Positions 11,074 through 18,470 of a DNA stretch of 64,000 nucleotides are shown one piece after another. Position numbers and translations under genes: made by a program. The first letter of the stretch is position 1, and the number at the start of each line of letters is the position of its first letter. A model generated the notes under the pieces. The model searched no databases and was not told where the DNA came from. It was given only the letters and a program-made list of their open reading frames with translations. Source of the DNA: an uncultured Bacteroidales bacterium (GTDB taxonomy: Bacteria > Bacteroidota > Bacteroidia > Bacteroidales > UBA3663); the NCBI GenBank assembly GCA_905235375.1, contig CAJOLH010000004.1, positions 71,141 to 135,140 of the forward strand, given 5' to 3'.

Positions 11074-12507
11074 TCAGAAATGGCCCGTGTAGAAATCGGT
11101 GATGCGGCGGATGGCGCGGGCACAGACGGGACAAAAGTCCTGCACTTCGTTGATCTTCATGCGACATTCCTGGGCAGGGCGATAGCAGCCCTTGCTCTGG
11201 TAGCCTGCACCTTCGAATACACCCACCACCTGCGTGGCGGCATTCAGTTTCGCCAGGGCATCGGGGTTCTCGCGCGCCGTGCGATAGTCAGGTACGTTGG
11301 GGTCGAGAGGTGTGGGGATGGGCTGTCGTTTGGGCATCATGTCGGCCCACTTGCTGCCGAAGTTCTTCAATGTGGTCACGTTGGGTTCCCAAGGCTCCAC
11401 GTCGGCAGGGTACCATTCGGTGTCCATGTCGTCGTACGCATATTCGTCGGCAAGTCCTCCATACGAGTGGCCGAACTCATGCACGAAGACCTCTCGGAAC
11501 GTAGGATGGTCGCTTGTGGCGAAGGTAATCTGATTATAGATGCCTCCCCCACCATAGGTATCAGAGTTCACAAGCACCATGATGTGCTCGAAGGGAACAC
11601 CCGACAGGAGGTCGTAGATGGTGTGCATGTCCTGCGAAGTCAGATAGCGCTGGCTGTAGAAGGTGTCGTAGTGGGTGCGCACTGCCGTCTGTTTCCACAC
11701 GCCGCGATGCGGCACCGAAGGTCCTGCCTCGGGGCTTGGAGCAGCCACAGCCACCACATTGAAGCGATCCTTCAGGCTGGCAAAGGGTTCCCAGGCGAAG
11801 AGTGCATCCACGGCACGCTGGCAGTCGGAGTAGAACTTACCCATCTGCTGCTCAGTGTAGCCCTCGGCAAGGATGGCGAAATCGATGCAGTCGGCGACGT
11901 TCACATCCTCGAAGGGGTCGTACGGCGTAGCTTCGTAGTTACGCGAAGCCCGCGACTTCTCAGGCTTCCCTTCCTTGCACCCACCCTTCCACACATAGTG
12001 GAACGGGATGCCGTTGTCGCCAATGGGACGGATGAGAATGTCGGCAGGATCGACCGTGTGCGTGAGTGAGGCAATGACCTGCTGGTGATGGTTGGTCAGC
12101 GTGACCGAAACATCGACCTTCGCCTTCGGATAAGGGATGTTGTAGCTCGTTTCGAATGCACGGCTCAAGGTCTTCGCCTCGTCCTCGAGCAGCCACTCCT
12201 GAAAGAGGGTCGAGAACGTCCACACATAAATCACCTCCTGCGTCACATGGTCGCGCACAGTGAGCTGTCCGTTACCGTTCAGGAACTTCTCCGCGAGGCG
12301 GTTCCGTCGTCCTGCCCAGCGAGGCTGCTTGTAAAGTTGCTCCAAGTAGATGTGCTGCTCGCTGCTGTTGCCCGCAAACACATAGTCGAGGCGTAGTGTG
12401 TTGTCCTCAAAATATTGGTCGAACGACTGCGCGCGCACCTCTGTGAAGAGGCACGACATAAGGAATGACATCACGAAAAGCAGCAGAAATGGGCAGTTTT
12501 GTTTCAT
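11074..12507 (-). CDS. M64 family (IgA-peptidase-like) zinc metallopeptidase, secreted
   Basis: HEFGHSYGGLADEY zinc motif and signal peptide MKQNCPFLLLFVMSFLMSCLF. The track start at 12531 is a TTG lying inside the TATCTTTG -7 box, so I moved the start to the ATG at 12507. Confidence 0.8.
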   Translation of the reverse strand: MKQNCPFLLLFVMSFLMSCLFTEVRAQSFDQYFEDNTLRLDYVFAGNSSEQHIYLEQLYKQPRWAGRRNRLAEKFLNGNGQLTVRDHVTQEVIYVWTFSTLFQEWLLEDEAKTLSRAFETSYNIPYPKAKVDVSVTLTNHHQQVIASLTHTVDPADILIRPIGDNGIPFHYVWKGGCKEGKPEKSRASRNYEATPYDPFEDVNVADCIDFAILAEGYTEQQMGKFYSDCQRAVDALFAWEPFASLKDRFNVVAVAAPSPEAGPSVPHRGVWKQTAVRTHYDTFYSQRYLTSQDMHTIYDLLSGVPFEHIMVLVNSDTYGGGGIYNQITFATSDHPTFREVFVHEFGHSYGGLADEYAYDDMDTEWYPADVEPWEPNVTTLKNFGSKWADMMPKRQPIPTPLDPNVPDYRTARENPDALAKLNAATQVVGVFEGAGYQSKGCYRPAQECRMKINEVQDFCPVCARAIRRITDFYTGHF

Positions 12508-12528
12508 TTTTTGTGGTAATTTTGTGTG

Positions 12529-12536
12529 CAAAGATA
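12529..12536 (-). promoter_or_regulatory. -7 box TATCTTTG (M64 peptidase)
   Basis: Exact TATCTTTG 22 nt upstream of the ATG at 12507. Confidence 0.6.
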
Positions 12537-12691
12537 GGTTTTTTGCTGCGATAATCCAAATATATTTGAGCCATTTTCTGCAAGATTTACATCAAAAACG
12601 AGCCGTTTTTTATCGTAAAATATTAAAATCCAATATCCTATTTTAGTACAATTATTGATTATCAGCGCATTACGAATTATTATAACAAATA

Positions 12692-12746
12692 AAAATGAAA
12701 AAATGAAAAAACAAATTTACAAAAAAACAAAAAAACAAATTTACAA
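12692..12746. repeat. A-rich composite repeat (AAAATGAAAAAATGAAAAAACAAATTTACAAAAAAACAAAAAAACAAATTTACAA), left partner of an inverted pair
   Basis: Its reverse complement recurs at 15199-15253, sharing identical blocks of 24 and 26 nt offset by one CAAAAAAA unit. Confidence 0.85.
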
Positions 12747-12760
12747 TTTTTCCATCCTTC

Positions 12761-12975
12761 TCACTTCGTCAACTCCTGATACATCTCGAAGAGGCGGGCG
12801 ACGCAATCGGATTCGGTGAAACCTTTGACGGGGAAGCCGTAGGCGGCCATGACAGCGCGGTCGTTGTCCTGATGGGCTCGACGCAGTTCGGGGGGCATGG
12901 TCACTTCGTCATAGAGGTCAGCCAATGAACTGTCGGGATAGAGGGCGCGGGCGTCGAGGATGGCGCAAAGATACT
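12761..12975 (-). pseudogene. C-terminal stump of an MmeI-like (type IIG/IIL) restriction-modification DNA methyltransferase
   Basis: Reverse translation gives ILDARALYPDSSLADLYDEVTMPPELRRAHQDNDRAVMAAYGFPVKGFTESDCVARLFEMYQELTK followed by a stop. This is the characteristic C-terminus of class I SAM-dependent type IIG enzymes. There is no start codon, and similarity ends abruptly at about 12975 where AT-rich DNA begins. Confidence 0.75.
12966..12973 (-). promoter_or_regulatory. -7-like box TATCTTTG at the cassette / RM-stump junction, reading out into the C-terminal stump
   Basis: Exact TATCTTTG preceded by AT-rich DNA. May be fortuitous. Confidence 0.35.
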
Positions 12976-13030
12976 TCTTTTTTAATAATTCTCCTTTTTT
13001 ATGTTCTGTTTCTTAGGATGTAGAAGAAAG

Positions 13031-13087
13031 GCAAAATATTTTACTTGTTTTAACACTTTACAAGCTTTATCACTTGCAAAGTGTTAA
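13031..13087. repeat. direct repeat copy 1 with 10-bp palindrome arms TTAACACTTT / AAAGTGTTAA
   Basis: GCAAAATATTTTACTTGTTTTAACACTTTACAAGCTTTATCACTTGCAAAGTGTTAA, just 3' of the DUF3307 gene. Matches 14619-14663 and shares an identical 17-nt core TTAACACTTTACAAGCT. Confidence 0.85.
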
Positions 13088-13103
13088 ATACATATACCGC
13101 TCG

Positions 13104-13919
13104 TTACACAAGGAATGCTGCCAAGTCTATCTTCAGGACAAGAATCCCTAATGACAAGGCAATTGCCAGAGACAACAATGTTCCCGCCAAAACATATTCG
13201 GATTTTTCTCCTTCGGTAACTTGGCTAAAGCGTAAAATGGATTTTGCAGCAACAAGAAATCCGAGGGCTTCATATTGTGATATGATTACAAAAGCAAGCA
13301 TAAGTGCGCGTTCCACACAACCGATAAGGGCACCAGAGTGGAAATTACCATGCTCATCTTGATTATAATGGCTGCCTCCATCGCCATTCTCAGTTACTTC
13401 GCCTTTAATTGACGGATCTAGAGTCGTCGAAGGAACATTCACCTTGCATGCCTTCAAAATAAGTACCAATAGGATATTAGCTGGGCGTAATGCCAACAAC
13501 ATTGCAAGGCCTGTTTTCACCCACAACGGGTGATTGGTGCACAAATCTGTCACCCAAGGAAACTGCATCCAACAACCATTAACTGAAAACCAAAGATTAG
13601 CGACTACAATGATTACAGTGGAATGTAGGATTTGGTCACCCAAAAAAAGTACAATTTTGGAAATACAACACTTATTTTCCAAATAAGATTTGACCCCATC
13701 AATTACGAAATGGGATATGGCGATGATAAGAGCAAGCCACCAGGCACATCGACTCCATACTGCCAAAAAAGACAAGACAAGTATTATTAGGAAATGCAGA
13801 TATAATAATTTGCTCTTGAAATGTCGCAACATCTTATCCTTGCACATGCTGTCCCATTGCAAGTAAAAGTCCCCCAATATGTGGGCTACAATGAGGTTCA
13901 AAATCAATGGATTGATCAT
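13104..13919 (-). CDS. DUF3307 domain-containing polytopic membrane protein
   Basis: 271 aa with the three DUF3307 motifs (AHILGDFYLQ, SHFVIDGVK, LGDQILH), multiple hydrophobic segments, and a hydrophilic insert (DPSIKGEVTENGDGGSHYNQDEHGNFH). The ATG overlaps the upstream stop (ATGA). Confidence 0.8.
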   Translation of the reverse strand: MINPLILNLIVAHILGDFYLQWDSMCKDKMLRHFKSKLLYLHFLIILVLSFLAVWSRCAWWLALIIAISHFVIDGVKSYLENKCCISKIVLFLGDQILHSTVIIVVANLWFSVNGCWMQFPWVTDLCTNHPLWVKTGLAMLLALRPANILLVLILKACKVNVPSTTLDPSIKGEVTENGDGGSHYNQDEHGNFHSGALIGCVERALMLAFVIISQYEALGFLVAAKSILRFSQVTEGEKSEYVLAGTLLSLAIALSLGILVLKIDLAAFLV

Positions 13920-14569
13920 AAAAGTCTTGTTATTTTACGATAATACATAATAGCCTGTTCAATCGCATTCCAGCCAAGTGCATTTAGGGATTGATTGACC
14001 GCCGATACGGTAATTCCCATTTCTTCAGCTGTCTTTTTAGAATCCCCAGCCAAGATTCTTTTATACAGTGTCTTGCATTTGCTTGGAGTTGAATTATTCA
14101 AAAGAGAATTGACCAATGCAAGAATTATGTTTAATGGTTGCCTCACCTCATTATTTTTCATAGATATGGTCAAATAATATTTCTCATGCCCAACGAGGTT
14201 GTTCAATCCATGTCCGGAACGATATATAGCTTCACCATCCATGATATCCAATTCTTTATTGATCGTTTTCATTTCGCCTATGCCTATAGCGATTCTTAGA
14301 CCATACCTCTGGAAACGTTCCTCAATAATATTATCCTTGGGTTCAAAAGCCTTGGTCCATGCTTTTAATATCAGAGCCACCTCAAAAGCATCTTCCGGAT
14401 TCTCAAGGATGCATTCGATAGAGTCTCCTCTAACAATCCTTCCCCAGAACCCTTGGTATTTATTATCAAGTTGTAACAGGCATTTCTTTAGACCGATGTT
14501 ATATTCTACCATCGACTCACTTGATAGAGATCTGGAAGAAACTACATCAGCTGATATTGCAGCATACAT
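13916..14569 (-). CDS. SatD family protein (cyclase-like N-domain plus C-terminal helix-turn-helix)
   Basis: 217 aa. MYAAISADVVSSRSL...RIVRGDSIECIL...GIGIGEM resembles SatD (PF16264). The C-terminal TAEEMGITVSAVNQSLNALG looks like an HTH. ATG verified. AT-rich codon usage differs from the neighbours. Confidence 0.75.
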   Translation of the reverse strand: MYAAISADVVSSRSLSSESMVEYNIGLKKCLLQLDNKYQGFWGRIVRGDSIECILENPEDAFEVALILKAWTKAFEPKDNIIEERFQRYGLRIAIGIGEMKTINKELDIMDGEAIYRSGHGLNNLVGHEKYYLTISMKNNEVRQPLNIILALVNSLLNNSTPSKCKTLYKRILAGDSKKTAEEMGITVSAVNQSLNALGWNAIEQAIMYYRKITRLL

Positions 14570-14618
14570 ACTCTATATTCAATTTAGAAGTAAATTAAAA
14601 TTATTCGTTCAGATGCAA

Positions 14619-14667
14619 GCAAAATACTTGTATTAACACTTTACAAGCTCTAGCGCTTGCAAAAATA
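14619..14667. repeat. direct repeat copy 2 (overlaps the putative promoter/operator of the SatD operon)
   Basis: GCAAAATACTTGTATTAACACTTTACAAGCTCTAGCGCTTGCAAAAATA. Contains the CAAGC/GCTTG palindrome and ends in the minus-strand -7 box TATTTTTG. Confidence 0.85.
14660..14667 (-). promoter_or_regulatory. -7 promoter box TATTTTTG for the SatD/DUF3307 operon
   Basis: Matches the Bacteroides TAnnTTTG consensus, 91 nt upstream of the SatD ATG. A palindrome, CAAGCGCTAGAGCTTG on the transcribed strand, follows immediately. Confidence 0.55.
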
Positions 14668-14789
14668 TAAAATTTATTTATATTTTGAATAAAATCAATA
14701 CAATATTTAACAATATTTCACCGAAATTATATATAAATATATATTCTTTAACCATTGTGCTTCCGTTTCTCTCACTCCTTCACCAGGAA

Positions 14790-14978
14790 CAACAGTTCGG
14801 CTTGAGCAACAATATCCTTGCAGATCTATTCGATGAGCACCTTGGTGGGATGATATAGGCATCGATGAACGAAGATTGCGTAAGAGCTGCACCTGGTTCT
14901 CGAAAGTGAGGACGTCGAAGGGATTTTCCACTTCTCAGCGAACGCCTTTGCCGCTATCTTCTGCTTACTATCTTGCAT
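14790..14978 (-). pseudogene. N-terminal stump of the same MmeI-like RM methyltransferase (frameshifted, internal stop, internal deletion)
   Basis: Reverse strand from the ATG at 14976-14978 reads MQDSKQKIAAKAFAEKWK. After a frame change it reads ENPFDVLTFENQVQL, then SFIDAYII..KVLIE followed by a stop. These are the conserved N-terminal blocks of MmeI-family enzymes, scattered over three frames. Track ORF 14707..14931 is one fragment of it. Confidence 0.65.
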
Positions 14979-15002
14979 AATGGTATGATTTAATTAACGC
15001 CG

Positions 15003-15010
15003 CAAAGATA
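15003..15010 (-). promoter_or_regulatory. -7 box TATCTTTG (former promoter of the RM gene)
   Basis: Exact TATCTTTG 25 nt upstream of the pseudogene ATG at 14978. Confidence 0.55.
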
Positions 15011-15198
15011 CGAAATTTCAGCAACAACACCAAATAAACGAAACAAATTCTTCAGTAATTAGTGCATTTTTCGATTTCTTATTAGAGATTGAGCAAATAA
15101 TCGCAGCGTTGCAACTACATAAGGTCTATATAGTCTAAGTGTATGTAATAAAGCTATTTAACAATTAAGTAAAGACAGTTTCATCCATAAGGGCCAGC

Positions 15199-15253
15199 CT
15201 GTTTTTTTGTTTTTTTGTAAATTTGTTTTTTTGTTTTTTCATTTTTTCATTTT
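15199..15253. repeat. T-rich composite repeat, right partner of the inverted pair (reverse complement of 12692-12746)
   Basis: CTGTTTTTTTGTTTTTTTGTAAATTTGTTTTTTTGTTTTTTCATTTTTTCATTTT. Confidence 0.85.
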
Positions 15254-15360
15254 GGGGGGCAAATTAGTCTTAGGGGGGGTGCGTTTTAATGCAATAAATT
15301 TTAAATATTAAATATAATATATAAATTTTATATATTAAATATCGCGCGCGATGGCGAAAA

Positions 15361-15416
15361 CAAGAAAACAAAAAAACAAAAAAACAAAAAAACAAAAAAA
15401 CAAAAAAACAAATTTT
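15361..15416. repeat. (CAAAAAAA)n tandem octamer, about 6 units
   Basis: CAAGAAAACAAAAAAACAAAAAAACAAAAAAACAAAAAAACAAAAAAACAAATTTTTT. It is inverted relative to 15199-15253 across an AT-rich, partly palindromic core of about 105 nt. Confidence 0.9.
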
Positions 15417-15573
15417 TTGGGCAATATATAGTAATATGTGGGTCGTGGGAATGAGAGGCAGGGATATCGTGATATGGGCAAAACGAGGGGTGTTTTAGCA
15501 ACATATTGTCACAACTTTTGTTAAAATGAACGATTTTGGGGGGTATTTTGGCGAATATGCCACGGATAGTGCG

Positions 15574-15581
15574 TAACTTTG
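15574..15581 (+). promoter_or_regulatory. -7 box TAACTTTG, the only canonical box upstream of clpB
   Basis: TAnnTTTG match 703 nt upstream of the clpB ATG. Array A lies between the box and the ATG, and I found no other match in 15582-16283. Confidence 0.45.
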
Positions 15582-15729
15582 CACTGCGATTTCGGAGAAA
15601 CACGAATTATCACGAATGAACACGAATTGATTCTGCAAAGGCGCCTGCAGAATGATTAATAAAACCAAAGAAACTATGCATACAATTATCTTCCACGATC
15701 ACCAGGCTCAACAATGCAAAGGGGAGCAC

Positions 15730-16200
15730 TCTTCCGACAGACAAAGCTCCTCTTCCTTTTGCGGGAACATTGTGACAGCCGACAGAATACTTCCGCGAAA
15801 GGATGAAGAACTCTCACGCCCGACAGAGTACCCGATGCTACGGGATAGAATACTCCATCGCCCGACAGCGTACCCGATGCTACGGAATGACGTACTCCAT
15901 CGCCCGACATAGTACCTGCTTCAACTGCGGAAATACGCTAACGCCCGACATGGTACTTCCGCAATTCGCGCAAATATCGCGACAGCCGACAGAATACCCG
16001 ATGCTACGGAATGGTGTACTCCATCGCCCGACAGAGTACACGATGCTATCGGATGGAGTACCCTCACGCCCGACAGAGTACATGCCACAACTGCGGAAAC
16101 ATTCCGATGGCCGACAGAATACTTCCTCAGTTTGCGCAAGCATCGTAACAGCCGACAGCGTATTTGGTCCAATTTGTCACACACGACGGACAAAATGGCA
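15730..16200. repeat. tandem array A: about 11 units of 41-42 nt, each starting sCCGACAGnGTAC
   Basis: CCGACA(G/T) recurs at 15734, 15778, 15819, 15861, 15903, 15944, 15985, 16027, 16069, 16110 and 16151. Several units carry the internal inverted repeat GAGTAC...GTACTC. Confidence 0.9.
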
Positions 16201-16283
16201 GAAGAAGGGCTGTGGCACATGAATTGCTTTTAGATGGGTGTGAATGGAATGTTGAAAATAATAATCATTAAATATATACAACT

Positions 16284-18428
16284 ATGGCAACAAACATGAA
16301 TTACCCAAACACCCAGCAGCAGGGTGAAAAGGCGCTGGACAAGTATGCCCAGAACCTGTGCGAGCTTGCACGAAAGGGAAAGCTCGACCCCGTGATTGGT
16401 CGTGACGAGGAAATCCGACGTGTGCTGCAGATCCTGAGTCGAAGGACCAAGAACAACCCCGTACTGATCGGCCAGCCTGGCACAGGCAAGACCGCCATTG
16501 CGGAAGGCCTGGCACAGCGTATCGTACGCGGTGACGTGCCCGAGAACCTGAAGAAGAAGCAGATCTATTCGCTCGACATGGGCGCACTGGTGGCAGGTGC
16601 AATGTATAAGGGCGAGTTCGAGGACCGATTGAAGAGCGTCATCAAGGAGGTGCAGGAAGCCAACAGCGACGATGCCACCGGCAACGACATCATCCTCTTC
16701 ATCGACGAGATCCACACCCTGGTGGGCGCCGGCGGCGGTCAAGGCTCGATGGATGCCGCCAACATCCTGAAGCCTGCCCTGGCACGTGGCGAACTGCGTT
16801 GCGTGGGTGCCACCACCCTCGACGAATACCAGAAGTACTTCGAGACCGACAAGGCCCTGGAGCGCCGATTCCAGAAGGTGATGGTCGATGAGCCCGACGA
16901 GACGGCTGCCATTGCCATCCTGCGTGGTCTGAAGGAGCGCTACGAGAACCACCACCACATCCGTATCAAGGACGAGGCCGTGATCCAGGCCGTGCGCCTC
17001 TCGACGCGCTACATCACCGACCGCTACCTGCCCGACAAGGCCATCGACCTGATTGACGAGGCTTCGGCCAAACTGCGTATGGAGCGCGATTCCGAGCCAC
17101 AGGCTTTGGACGAAATCCATCGTCAGATCATGCAGCTCCAGATCGAGCGCGAGGCCATCAAGTGGGAGAAGGACAAGGCCAAGATTGATGACATCGACGA
17201 GAAAATCAAGGCTTTGCAGGCCGAAGAGAAGAAACTCAACGACCAGTGGAAGAAGGAGAAGCAGCTCATCGAAGTCATCCAACGCAACAAGGAACAGATG
17301 GAGCAACTGCGCTTCGAGGCTGAACAAGCCAAGCAGCAAGGCGACTACGGCAAGGTGGCAAAAATCCAGTACGAGACCATCCCGGGACTGGAGAAGCAGA
17401 ACGAGCAGATCTCGAACGACCTGCACCAGCAGGTGGGCGAAGGCAATGCCCTGATTCGCGAAGAGGTCACTGCCGAGGACATCGCCGAAGTGGTAAGCCA
17501 CTGGACGGGCATCCCCGTGAACAAGATGATGACCTCGGAACGCGACAAGCTGCTCCAACTCGAGACCGAACTGCACAAGCGCGTAGTAGGTCAGGATGCT
17601 GCCATCGAGGCAGTGTCGAACGCCATCCGTCGCAACCGAGCAGGCCTCTCCGACCCCAACCGCCCCATCGGCTCATTCCTCTTCCTGGGTCAGACGGGCG
17701 TGGGCAAGACCGAGCTTGCAAAGGCCCTGGCAGAGTTCCTCTTCGACGACGAAAGGATGATGACACGCATCGACATGTCGGAGTACCAGGAGAAGTTCGC
17801 CGTAACCCGTCTGTTCGGTGCGCCTCCAGGATACGTGGGCTACGAGGAGGGTGGACAGCTCACCGAGGCAGTGCGCCGCAAGCCCTATCAGGTGGTGCTC
17901 TTCGACGAAATCGAGAAGGCTCACCCCGACGTATTCAACACGCTGCTGCAAGTGCTCGACGAGGGTCACATGACCGATGGCAAGGGACGCAACGTCAACT
18001 TCAAGAACACCATCATCATCATGACCTCGAACCTCACCGAAGAACAGCTCTACGGCAAGCAGGCCATCCTAACGGCTGAAGGTCGCCCGATGCAGCCCAT
18101 CCGTCGCGAGTTCCTCAACCGCATTGACGAGATCGTGAACTTCAGTGCCCTCACCGAAGATGACATTCGCCGCGTGGTGGATATCCAGCTGGAGCGTTGC
18201 TACCACCAGCTGAAGCAGAGCGACATCGAACTGCGTGTGACCGACGATGCGCGCCGCTTCCTTGCCAAGGAGGGCTACGACCCCGAGTTCGGCGCACGTC
18301 CCGTGAAGCGTGCCATCCAGCACCTGGTGCTCAACGAACTGTCGAAGACGCTCATCGGTGGCAAGGTCAATCGCCAGCAGCCCATCATCGTGGATGTGGC
18401 CGACGGCGCAATCACGTTCAGAAACTAA
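16284..18428 (+). CDS. clpB: ATP-dependent chaperone ClpB lacking the N-terminal domain
   Basis: 714 aa with both AAA+ modules ([18 protein letters not shown]), the coiled-coil middle domain, and [10 protein letters not shown] near the C-terminus. The protein starts at the position equivalent to about residue 150 of E. coli ClpB ([30 protein letters not shown]). Confidence 0.93.
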   Translation: MATNMNYPNTQQQGEKALDKYAQNLCELARKGKLDPVIGRDEEIRRVLQILSRRTKNNPVLIGQPGTGKTAIAEGLAQRIVRGDVPENLKKKQIYSLDMGALVAGAMYKGEFEDRLKSVIKEVQEANSDDATGNDIILFIDEIHTLVGAGGGQGSMDAANILKPALARGELRCVGATTLDEYQKYFETDKALERRFQKVMVDEPDETAAIAILRGLKERYENHHHIRIKDEAVIQAVRLSTRYITDRYLPDKAIDLIDEASAKLRMERDSEPQALDEIHRQIMQLQIEREAIKWEKDKAKIDDIDEKIKALQAEEKKLNDQWKKEKQLIEVIQRNKEQMEQLRFEAEQAKQQGDYGKVAKIQYETIPGLEKQNEQISNDLHQQVGEGNALIREEVTAEDIAEVVSHWTGIPVNKMMTSERDKLLQLETELHKRVVGQDAAIEAVSNAIRRNRAGLSDPNRPIGSFLFLGQTGVGKTELAKALAEFLFDDERMMTRIDMSEYQEKFAVTRLFGAPPGYVGYEEGGQLTEAVRRKPYQVVLFDEIEKAHPDVFNTLLQVLDEGHMTDGKGRNVNFKNTIIIMTSNLTEEQLYGKQAILTAEGRPMQPIRREFLNRIDEIVNFSALTEDDIRRVVDIQLERCYHQLKQSDIELRVTDDARRFLAKEGYDPEFGARPVKRAIQHLVLNELSKTLIGGKVNRQQPIIVDVADGAITFRN

Positions 18429-18430
18429 TG

Positions 18431-18468
18431 AAAATCGGGCGCCACACAGAATGGGGCGCCCGATTTTG
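18431..18468 (+). terminator. rho-independent terminator of clpB
   Basis: ATCGGGCGCC acacagaatgg GGCGCCCGAT followed by TTTTG, 3 nt after the clpB stop. Confidence 0.8.
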
Positions 18469-18470
18469 TG

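Noticed and set aside
12692-15416. Recognisable mobility genes (integrase, transposase, recombinase) or target-site duplications for the AT-rich island
   Set aside because: None of the ORFs or unannotated stretches in or next to the island translate to integrase- or transposase-like sequence. I therefore did not call a mobile element; only repeats and pseudogene stumps are reported.
15730-16200. Possible CRISPR array, given the regular 41-42-nt periodicity
   Set aside because: The conserved part is only about 13 nt. The 'spacer' parts recur several times within the array. There is no repeat of CRISPR length (28-37 nt), no cas genes in the window and no leader. It is a degenerate tandem repeat.
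15328-16222. Track ORFs 15328..15603 (-), 15652..15912 (+), 15803..16222 (+), 15880..16143 (-), 15921..16220 (-)
   Set aside because: All of them run through the CAAAAAAA octamer run or array A. They give low-complexity or repeat translations, have no -7 box at a proper distance, and overlap one another.
16230-17576. 448-aa minus-strand ORF antisense to clpB. Similar long antisense ORFs: 9778..10656, 11080..12069, 21256..22254, 22751..23668, 29592..30962, 33508..34215, 43598..44665, 44720..45472, 45469..46302, 47085..48209, 48520..49263, 49267..49998
   Set aside because: Each fully overlaps a strongly supported gene on the other strand. The translations are Leu/Val/Gly/Asp/His-rich, which is typical of the antisense frame of GC3-rich genes. 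None has a recognisable motif or a promoter box.
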